A stretch of 64,000 nt of DNA from Candidatus Hodarchaeota archaeon (GTDB lineage: Archaea; Asgardarchaeota; Heimdallarchaeia; Hodarchaeales; Hodarchaeaceae). The notes beneath the pieces are model-generated. The model worked only from the letters and a program-made list of their open reading frames with translations, was not told where the DNA came from and did not search any database. Each line of letters opens with the position of its first letter. Positions within the stretch are counted from its first letter, which is position 1. Positions 56,858 to 64,000 of the stretch are shown one piece after another. The DNA is taken from positions 7,247 through 71,246 of the forward strand of contig JAEOTM010000076.1 of the NCBI GenBank assembly GCA_016839815.1, in the 5' to 3' direction. The translations under genes and the position numbers were made by a program.

Positions 56858-58699
56858 ATGACAGAACCGCTTCTACTCTTAAATCAGCGAATCAGAGAAG
56901 GTAAACAAGCACTCTTCAACAAAGAATATGATATAGCAATTAAAGCTTTTGAAGAAGCAACTGTCATTGGTAAGACCATTTCTCCGCGCTTAGACAACAT
57001 CATTGGTATCTCTTTTGCGAATATTGCCCTTGCATTAGCTCATCAAGGGAAATCTGATCAAGTATTCGATTTCATAGTCCGTGCAGCTGATAATCTAGCA
57101 ACAATTACTGAAAAACCACTAATCTATACTTCAATCCTTCATGGATTAGGCTTAGACTTCCAGAAACTTGACCAACATGACTCTGCTATCATCTTACTAA
57201 AACTAGCATTAGACTTAGCTCGTAAGAATGCACCCGTGAATGACACACAACTAATTTCCCTAATTGCTCGTCAGTTAGCCTTTTCATACAGTGTAATCAA
57301 CAATTTATATGCTGCAGCAAAATTATTCCGAATATCTGGTGACTTAGAAGAGCAAGCTACAATCGCGGTTGATCTATACAAAAATTCAGCCTACCTTTAT
57401 TATAAGGATGGTGTAAGGGAAGAAGCCCTGAATATTCTTGAAACTGCTTTCGATAAAGCTCGAATCATTGGTGATAATACAAACCAGAATACAATCGCGA
57501 AATCTCAGGTAACAATTTCCTATGAAATAATGAGAAAATTTGCTTCACATGGTTTATCGCAACGAGCGGTAGCTTATTCAGAGATTTGTATTAACAAATC
57601 TCGTTTTTTAAAAGATCATATCTCGTCAACTAAGGTTCTATATGAAGCTGCGTTAATACTTCAATCCATTGGGAAGCTTTGGCAGCGGAATAATCTATTG
57701 AAGCAAATTATGTTAGAAGATACCACAACCGAAACTAATCGAATTCGTCAACGTGCTATTTTACTTCTTGCAGTTCATTACTTGGAAATTGATAATTTTA
57801 GTGAAGCATATTTCTACTTAGAACAACTCTCTTTAGAGAATATAGGAGAGATTAATCCCCAATTATCACAGAAGCTAATGGAAGTATCAAAAAGTCTTGA
57901 AAAATCCCAACAACGAGGTTTAATTCAGTCTGATCTCCACTTCTCACGTAGTGATCTTGATTTACCAGTGGATCAGCTTCTTGCGGAAGAAGATGAAGAA
58001 ATAATGACTTTTTCAGCACCAGAAAAACCCTCATCATTAGAACTTCAACAATTAAGTGTAAACTTACAGAACGAACAGCTATCAGCCAATCTTAAACCTC
58101 CCTCTGTAGAATCTCTGCAAGCGTTATTTGATACAGAGACCGTTCAACCAATGGATCCTGAATATCCATCTCATCCAACTCCAGAAGTTGAGCTTATTCA
58201 TTCCGAGCAAGAGGTTCCCCAACAAGAAATTGAGATAGAATCGGTTAGAGAATCTCAAATCGATCGTGTTTTTAGTGCACATCAGGAAAGCTCGAATTCC
58301 CATCTCCCAAGTACTGAAGAAATATATGAAATGATTCAACCTTCACGACAGTCTGTTATTCATACCCCCACAGAACAGATTAGTGAACCTCAAGGAAATA
58401 TAAGATATGAGGTCGGTAGACGGTTACAAAGAGCGGGTTGGTCTGTTCATTTGAATTTTTCCACTGATATCCGCCAAGGTGCTGAACCAGATATTCTTGC
58501 AGAAAAAGGACTCATTAGGAAAAGAAAAAAATTGATCTTTTTTGCTGACCATGTTCCCGATGCAGAAATCTGTTCATTTCTATTGCAATCTAATCCTGAC
58601 TCAGGAGAAAGAATAATTTATCTTCTCGATGGAAATCCTGCAGAAGCAGACGTTTCAACTCATGTTAAAGTAATTAATCGAATTGATCAATTATTCTAA
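56858..58699 (+). CDS. TPR-like helical-repeat protein with disordered Q/E/P/S linker and C-terminal Hjc/Mrr-like (PD-(D/E)xK-fold) module
   Basis: About 340-aa helical-repeat N-terminus. Low-complexity residues about 370-500. C-terminal YEVGRRLQRAGWSVHL...GAEPDILAEKG...KKLIFFADH resembles the Hjc ER..L...GF.V.R...PDI.A.K core, but the ExK position reads ADH. Confidence 0.55.
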   Translation: MTEPLLLLNQRIREGKQALFNKEYDIAIKAFEEATVIGKTISPRLDNIIGISFANIALALAHQGKSDQVFDFIVRAADNLATITEKPLIYTSILHGLGLDFQKLDQHDSAIILLKLALDLARKNAPVNDTQLISLIARQLAFSYSVINNLYAAAKLFRISGDLEEQATIAVDLYKNSAYLYYKDGVREEALNILETAFDKARIIGDNTNQNTIAKSQVTISYEIMRKFASHGLSQRAVAYSEICINKSRFLKDHISSTKVLYEAALILQSIGKLWQRNNLLKQIMLEDTTTETNRIRQRAILLLAVHYLEIDNFSEAYFYLEQLSLENIGEINPQLSQKLMEVSKSLEKSQQRGLIQSDLHFSRSDLDLPVDQLLAEEDEEIMTFSAPEKPSSLELQQLSVNLQNEQLSANLKPPSVESLQALFDTETVQPMDPEYPSHPTPEVELIHSEQEVPQQEIEIESVRESQIDRVFSAHQESSNSHLPSTEEIYEMIQPSRQSVIHTPTEQISEPQGNIRYEVGRRLQRAGWSVHLNFSTDIRQGAEPDILAEKGLIRKRKKLIFFADHVPDAEICSFLLQSNPDSGERIIYLLDGNPAEADVSTHVKVINRIDQLF

Positions 58700-58730
58700 A
58701 ATAAAAGAAAGTATCTTCTCCCCCGAAATT

Positions 58731-59369
58731 CTAATGAAATCGATTTTCTAAAAGAAGTTTTACTTTTTGACGCATTTCTTCAATTGTACCATCGCTAATA
58801 AGAGTTTGAAGCAAATTTTGGGATGAATAATACTCAATAAGTGGTTTCGTCTGTTTATCATAAGTATTTAAGCGGTTCTTCACTGTTTCCTCTGTATCAT
58901 CCTCACGTTGAAATAATTCACCTGAACATTTGTCACAAATACCTTCTTGTGAAGGGGGTTGGTATTCAATATGATATATCGCACCACACTCTTTGCAAGT
59001 TCGTCGTCCTGTAATTCGTTTGACTAAGAGTCCATGATCCACACTAATATTAATTACTTGATCGATCTCGGTAATTTTTGCTAGTTCATCTGCTTGAGTA
59101 ATATTCCGTGGATAACCATCTAATATGAATCCTTTTGAGCAGTCATCCTTCATTAACCGTATTTTTAACAATTCAAGTACAATCGCGTCAGGTACTAAAT
59201 TTCCAGTGTTCATGTATTCTTTAGCCTTTACTCCAAGGGCATTTTCTCGCTTCACTGCATCACGAAGTAAGTCACCTGTACTAACCTGTGGAATTTGGTA
59301 TAGCTGAGTTATAAATTTCGCTTGAGTGCCTTTCCCTGAACCGGGAGCACCTAAAACAATTAATTTCAA
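58731..59369 (-). CDS. adk: adenylate kinase (long form with zinc-ribbon LID)
   Basis: P-loop VLGAPGSGKGTQA, FILDGYPRN, LID CKECGAIYH...CDKCSGEL. Confidence 0.9.
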   Translation of the reverse strand: MKLIVLGAPGSGKGTQAKFITQLYQIPQVSTGDLLRDAVKRENALGVKAKEYMNTGNLVPDAIVLELLKIRLMKDDCSKGFILDGYPRNITQADELAKITEIDQVINISVDHGLLVKRITGRRTCKECGAIYHIEYQPPSQEGICDKCSGELFQREDDTEETVKNRLNTYDKQTKPLIEYYSSQNLLQTLISDGTIEEMRQKVKLLLENRFH

Positions 59370-59384
59370 TTATCCGACCTCTTT

Positions 59385-60110
59385 TCAATTTGAAGAGATT
59401 TCATTGTTCAGTTTCAGTAAAATATCCCTTGCCTTTGAGGCATGTTGCTCATTTATTACAAAAACAATTATCAAATGGTCTTCATGGAGCACCATTGTAT
59501 CATATATACTTATTGCTTGATCAGCCAATAGTGAAGATATATGTGCTAGAATACCAGGGATTTCCGCTGCTTGTTGAGGTAACATCAATCTAAGAAGACT
59601 AAGTGAATCGTGTAATTTAATAAGATCGACTCCAGAAATATTTCCTAGAGTCTCCAGAAATCCATTCTCAGCCATCTTCTTTACATATAATTCAACACTA
59701 TTCTGACCTAAATAAGCCGAACTAAGATTATCATTCTTAATCTGCTTGAATATGATATCTAATATTTCCTTACTATCCAAATCTGAATGAATATTGATTT
59801 TATAATGTTTTAATCCATCAAGTACTTCAGTTGTGCCCCTTTTCAGTACACTTTGAACGCGTTTTACTCCAAGAAACTCTTCTTGCTGTTCACGAAGACG
59901 TTTAAGATACCGTGTTATTGCTACTGCTACATTTCCTTCTAGCTTAACTGGGTCTTTTGAGGAAAAATCTGTATTGTCAATCAGTTGCGCTTTGATTTTT
60001 TTCGCAATTTCTCGTTGAGCCCTTTTTCGCTGTTGAAGTTCATGAACAAGAGAGGGATCTTGATCCAAAATTTCATGTACAATCTTCGAGACAGACTTGT
60101 CCGTTGCCAT
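59385..60110 (-). CDS. hypothetical protein, possibly with C-terminal ACT-like ligand-binding domain
   Basis: 241 aa. C-terminal EIPGILAHISSLLADQAISIYDTMVLHEDHLIIVFVINEQHASKARDILLKL has an ACT-like beta-alpha-beta-beta-alpha-beta pattern. 15 nt upstream of adk. Confidence 0.45.
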   Translation of the reverse strand: MATDKSVSKIVHEILDQDPSLVHELQQRKRAQREIAKKIKAQLIDNTDFSSKDPVKLEGNVAVAITRYLKRLREQQEEFLGVKRVQSVLKRGTTEVLDGLKHYKINIHSDLDSKEILDIIFKQIKNDNLSSAYLGQNSVELYVKKMAENGFLETLGNISGVDLIKLHDSLSLLRLMLPQQAAEIPGILAHISSLLADQAISIYDTMVLHEDHLIIVFVINEQHASKARDILLKLNNEISSN

Positions 60111-60528
60111 CTCAATTCTCCATGTAAAGTTTAATTCTTATATTATTTGGCCTGTGTTGGGTAATATCAAAAAGTTTGGAGCAATTGCTTATAATTTAAA
60201 TTTCACTAGCTATTTCAGCCAATTTCATGAAAATTCATAGACTAATGCTTCAAATTTACTCATATACGCCATGTGATGGCTTCTTACATTTGTTTTTATT
60301 CTTTCTGAAAAAAATTACGAGTATTGAATTTTTATACGTAATGCAAAAATAAAGAAGAAATAAAGAAATAAACAAGATTGATTTAACAATCTACTAAGAC
60401 CTAACATCAATGAAACTCCAATTCTAATAACTCAACAGAAGAATAGGACTACTTAGATAATCTTTTATCTACAGAATTTAAATTTATTTGAATTAAAGAG
60501 TCACATCTTAACATAGAGGGATTTTTCG

Positions 60529-61269
60529 TTGTTAGCTAAAGAATTCATGGTTATCTTGCCTGCTTATAATGAGGAACTTACAATAGCAAGAGTTATCCAC
60601 AAACTAGATAACTATATTACTAGAAAACAAATTTTAGTAGCTGATGATGGATCAATCGACAACACATCATTATTAGCAAGACAACTAGGTGTTGAAGTTA
60701 TCAGGAATCGGACAAATCAAGGAAAAGGGTCTATTCTACGCAAAGCATTCCAAACTATTGTATTACACAAACCGAATATAAAGTGGGTATTCACTTTAGA
60801 TGCTGACGGTCAGCATAGTCCAGAAGATATCCCAAGATTCGTATCAATTATTTCTACACAACCTAACCTAGGAATAATAAATGGAAGAAGACAGTATTTG
60901 CAAATGCCGTTAATAAATCGAATTTCCAATACACTGACTTCAAATTGGTGTAATTTCTGGTTGAAGTGGAAAATTGACGATTTACAATGTGGATTTCGAT
61001 TGTACAATGTGGATTGTCTGAAAGACATAATAAACTACGGATTAACGTCTAGAAAATTTGATTTAGAAACTGAATTATTGTTTATTGCATGGTTAAATGA
61101 TATAAAAATGGTTCAAGTTCCAATCACTACCATGTATGGGAAACAAAACCGAAAATCTCGAATTAAACCCGCTTTAGATACATTTCGTTGGATTATTCTT
61201 GGAATGAGGTTTGGATTTAAATTAAGATTCTTTCACAAGATATGGTTGGTACGAAGAATGGATCAATAG
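60529..61269 (+). CDS. glycosyltransferase family 2 (dolichyl/polyprenyl-phosphate glycosyltransferase-like)
   Basis: VILPAYNEE, VADDGSIDNT, TLDADGQH. TTG start, or ATG at 60547. Confidence 0.8.
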   Translation: MLAKEFMVILPAYNEELTIARVIHKLDNYITRKQILVADDGSIDNTSLLARQLGVEVIRNRTNQGKGSILRKAFQTIVLHKPNIKWVFTLDADGQHSPEDIPRFVSIISTQPNLGIINGRRQYLQMPLINRISNTLTSNWCNFWLKWKIDDLQCGFRLYNVDCLKDIINYGLTSRKFDLETELLFIAWLNDIKMVQVPITTMYGKQNRKSRIKPALDTFRWIILGMRFGFKLRFFHKIWLVRRMDQ

Positions 61270-61486
61270 TCTAATAGGAAAAATATCATTGCTAGACAAA
61301 CAAAATCATGATGCAAAACAATGAATTCTGGATAATAAGAAGAGGAGGAGGGAGTTCAGCTAGTGGAGGTTTCTTTAGGTTTATTTCGATTTTTTTATAT
61401 ACTGGATGAAATACACTTATTCCAAATACAAAAAGGATGGAATCAGAATCACAGAAAATTATCGGGCAGGACAGGGGATTCGAATT

Positions 61487-62035
61487 ATGAAACAGAAATT
61501 AGTACTGAAATTAGTTCTTTTAGGTGACCCTGGTGTGGGTAAAACTTCTTTAATTTCCCAATTTGTCCATGCCAAGTTTAGAAATTCCTATCAACTCACA
61601 GTTGGCTTAGATATTTCTTCAAAGCAAATTAAATTAGATGACGGTCGTACTGTCACTCTTAGTATCAATGATATTGGTGGTCAAGCTCGGTTTGCTGCTA
61701 TACGCCATATGTTCTTTAAAGGTGCTCATCTTGCTATGTTTGTCTTTGATGTAACAAGAGCTGAAACACTGAGAAATATTGTTGATCCATGGCATAAAGA
61801 ACTCATGGAATTTTGCAGTCAACCTGATTCTACAAGATCCGCAATTCAAACAATATTGGTTGGTAATAAAACTGACCTAGAAGATTACCGAATGGTTGAG
61901 GATGATGAGGGGAAAGCCTTAGCAAAGAAAATTGGTGCTCAAGGTTACATTTCAGCCTCTGCAAAAGAAAATCTCCAAGTTGATGAAGCTTTCAAACGGC
62001 TAGCTCAATCGTTCTTTGATCAAGTTCGCACATAA
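61487..62035 (+). CDS. Rab/Ras-like small GTPase
   Basis: G1 LLGDPGVGKTS, switch I YQLTVGLD, G3 NDIGGQARF, G4 VGNKTDL, G5 SASAKE. I prefer ATG 61487 (GGGGA 9-14 nt upstream; TATA-like ttttttatata at 61391) over the track start 61406. No C-terminal Cys. Confidence 0.85.
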   Translation: MKQKLVLKLVLLGDPGVGKTSLISQFVHAKFRNSYQLTVGLDISSKQIKLDDGRTVTLSINDIGGQARFAAIRHMFFKGAHLAMFVFDVTRAETLRNIVDPWHKELMEFCSQPDSTRSAIQTILVGNKTDLEDYRMVEDDEGKALAKKIGAQGYISASAKENLQVDEAFKRLAQSFFDQVRT

Positions 62036-62062
62036 GAGAACTAGGTAAATAATCAATAAAAG

Positions 62063-62938
62063 ATGATTCCTTTGGATATTGACAATAGTTTCTTGGATCA
62101 ATTTCCTACTTATGTCTTCACAGAATTAATCAATAAGTGGCAAAACACCCATCTTTCACTCAAACCAAATGGGTTACTGTCTGAAGAAAACATAGAAAAA
62201 ACTAAATCGATTCTCCAATCCCTTAGCTTAAATCGAATTAATTCTTTGCAGAAACTTGCAGGAACACTTACACTTACAAATGTCTGGTGGAATGTCTATC
62301 AACTATCAAATCCTTTGTCACTATCTAAAATTCGTCTTAGACCGGGAGAAATTGATCTAAAAAAACATTTTGCAGATACTGCAAGCAAAATAACTGCAAA
62401 ATTCTCAGTAATTGATCTTTGTGAACATGCCCTTCTTTTAGTTATTGATTTCTCATCAAGAACTAGGTCATTGCGGGATTCATTCCGTTTTATTTATCTT
62501 CCTTCTATTTCCAAGATTCTCCTTGAAAAAAAGCCCTTAGCACCCATATTATTAGAAGAAGAGCTACTCCCTTATCTTAGCTCAACCCCAGAGAATTTTT
62601 CCTCAAAACCTATCCGAGCAAGGTTAATCAAAAAATTAGCAATATCTCCCGATGATCCACAACACCGTTTGAATATTTCTTTTTTAAAAATTAGAATTTC
62701 TCTGGAAACATCTGGAATAGAGGGACTTCAACATATAATTATTGAGGGAGATAACGTGATAAGAGGTGTGGAAACACTCGAACAGAGACATGAAATTTCT
62801 TTAAAGTTCATGGACTCTGGACCATGGGTAGGCGTTGGAACAAGCGATTTTCATATTGAGATCCGAAAGGGCATTAAGATTCATCAATTAGAAACTGACA
62901 CCTTCATGAGATTGAATACTGTTCTGAACTGGTATTGA
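62063..62938 (+). CDS. hypothetical protein (27 nt downstream of the Rab-like GTPase)
   Basis: 291-aa ORF with no TM segment and no recognisable motif. Spacing suggests co-transcription with 61487..62035. Confidence 0.5.
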   Translation: MIPLDIDNSFLDQFPTYVFTELINKWQNTHLSLKPNGLLSEENIEKTKSILQSLSLNRINSLQKLAGTLTLTNVWWNVYQLSNPLSLSKIRLRPGEIDLKKHFADTASKITAKFSVIDLCEHALLLVIDFSSRTRSLRDSFRFIYLPSISKILLEKKPLAPILLEEELLPYLSSTPENFSSKPIRARLIKKLAISPDDPQHRLNISFLKIRISLETSGIEGLQHIIIEGDNVIRGVETLEQRHEISLKFMDSGPWVGVGTSDFHIEIRKGIKIHQLETDTFMRLNTVLNWY

Positions 62939-63171
62939 GCTATGAAGAGTAGGATTAGTACACAAAGTTATCTTCTGTCAATTAATATTGAATTACTTCT
63001 TCTAAAAGAGTAATTCAGGATTAGTGCATCTAATGTGCACCTATTCTGAATATGAGTAGTTTTTTACACAGATAGAAGGGAAAAAGAATGATCTAGAATC
63101 AACAATCATGATTAATATTTCAACTAAACTTATTAGTCAAATGGCAAAAGTCAGTGTAAAGTGGTTTGTTT

Positions 63172-64000
63172 ATGAGTCAAGATCGTATCCAAGTAGTTCT
63201 GATGAGGATAATTGAGGGATTTTCGGATTATTTTGTCTCTCATTTAGAAAAAACTTACAATAGAGCGCCAAATAATATAGATGTAAAAAATATTACCGTA
63301 GAAAAGAAATTAGGATCAACAGGCATACATATTGTTAAGGTTACCCTTGATTCTGATATCGGTTCTGATGAAGCCAGTATTGCTGTGAAGATCTATGATA
63401 AGTCAGAACAAGCATTAGATGTAGTTAAACGTATTAACATGTTGGAAAAACGATTAAACAACTTTGAAAAAATGGGAATAGCGTCAGCTTCTGTTATTTT
63501 CTTCTCAGGTAGTGTCATTATTATGGAGGGAATTCAGGGTGATGTTTTTCGGGAATCTAAGATTCCTAAACCCCAAAAATATCGTTATGCGGGTCGAGGA
63601 TTAGCTGCTTTTCATGGTAAGGAAAAAAATCGAGTTTGGTTTGACAAATACAAACTCCTCTTGACTCGTAGCATTGACTCATCACCAATTCCTCCTGAAA
63701 AGAAGTTACAGATCCATGAAAGTTTCAATCGTGTTCTTCCTTTGTCAGAACAAGCATCTCTACATTCTGGTTGCCCAAGTTTTGGTGATTTCCATCCTGG
63801 AAACCTTATTTTCGATATCCGAGTTGGAAGAAATCCTATGATCCAAACCCATATAATAGATCCGGAATTTCTTGACATTACTTCAGAGCATGATCGGTTG
63901 GAAGACATTTGTAACTTTTTTGCTGTAGAAGCTGTAGATCTATATCGGAATGATAAATCATTAACGAAGTTAGCAATGAATATCAAGTCATTCTTGGCTG
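63172..64000 (+). CDS. protein-kinase-fold (APH/ABC1/RIO-like) protein, C-terminus beyond window
   Basis: Plus-strand frame is open from ATG 63172 to the window end (my translation). IAVKIY (ATP Lys), FGDFHPGNLIF (catalytic loop, HxDxxxxN-like) and IIDPEF (DFG-equivalent). Confidence 0.65.
   Translation, partial: MSQDRIQVVLMRIIEGFSDYFVSHLEKTYNRAPNNIDVKNITVEKKLGSTGIHIVKVTLDSDIGSDEASIAVKIYDKSEQALDVVKRINMLEKRLNNFEKMGIASASVIFFSGSVIIMEGIQGDVFRESKIPKPQKYRYAGRGLAAFHGKEKNRVWFDKYKLLLTRSIDSSPIPPEKKLQIHESFNRVLPLSEQASLHSGCPSFGDFHPGNLIFDIRVGRNPMIQTHIIDPEFLDITSEHDRLEDICNFFAVEAVDLYRNDKSLTKLAMNIKSFLA

Noticed and set aside
61308-61409. 33-aa ORF (MMQNNEFWIIRRGGGSSASGGFF...) over a purine-rich aagaggaggaggga stretch between the GT2 and Rab-like genes.
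   Set aside because: It is too short and low-complexity, and nothing supports it. The region more likely holds the promoter/5' UTR of the GTPase gene (TATA-like ttttttatata at 61391).
63612-63986. 124-aa minus-strand ORF from the track.
   Set aside because: The plus strand carries an uninterrupted frame from 63172 to the window end with kinase-fold motifs. The minus ORF is the antisense shadow.
1-64000. Scan for CRISPR arrays, long tandem/direct repeats, IS elements, integrases, and rRNA or other GC-rich structured RNA islands.
   Set aside because: I saw no regularly spaced repeats, transposase/integrase-like ORFs or GC-rich non-coding blocks. The only repeats are coding S/T/P-rich linkers (for example PPEIPPPGIP at about 15040-15100) and short operator-like motifs.

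Overview
AT-rich (roughly one-third GC by eye), gene-dense window with about 65 plausible protein genes on both strands. I found no rRNA, tRNA, CRISPR array, transposase or integrase. All calls rest on motif-level reading of the supplied ORF translations plus my own translation of untracked frames; no database search was run. The segment looks archaeal: TrmB, ArsR and MarR wHTH regulators, GGTGA/GAGG-type Shine-Dalgarno sites, oligo-T gene ends and a canonical PGF-CTERM sorting signal. It also encodes two eukaryote-like small GTPases, one Arf-like and one Rab-like. From this I infer, but have not proven, an Asgard (Lokiarchaeia-like) origin. Housekeeping content: a complete 2-oxoacid dehydrogenase complex operon (E1alpha, E1beta, E2, E3) next to a lipoate-protein ligase, plus RpiA, a PGI-like isomerase, NadA, adenylate kinase, an acyl-CoA synthetase, a GH13 enzyme, a PaaI thioesterase and an isochorismatase-like hydrolase. 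Envelope content: three glycosyltransferases, a 963-aa surface protein, a subtilase, a C13 (legumain-like) peptidase, a DOMON protein and many C-terminally anchored secreted proteins. Items most worth a second look: (1) a co-directional cluster of TIGR04076 protein, Arf-like GTPase fused to a wHTH, ICMT-family methyltransferase and prenyltransferase-repeat protein; (2) a clear Hcp/TssD-family tube protein homolog that carries a Sec-type signal peptide and has no other T6SS genes nearby; (3) a Rab-like GTPase followed by an unknown 291-aa protein and a kinase-fold protein; (4) a possible longin/roadblock-like tandem protein; (5) a small membrane-protein gene split by one in-frame TAA; (6) a candidate 6-N5-6 TrmB operator.
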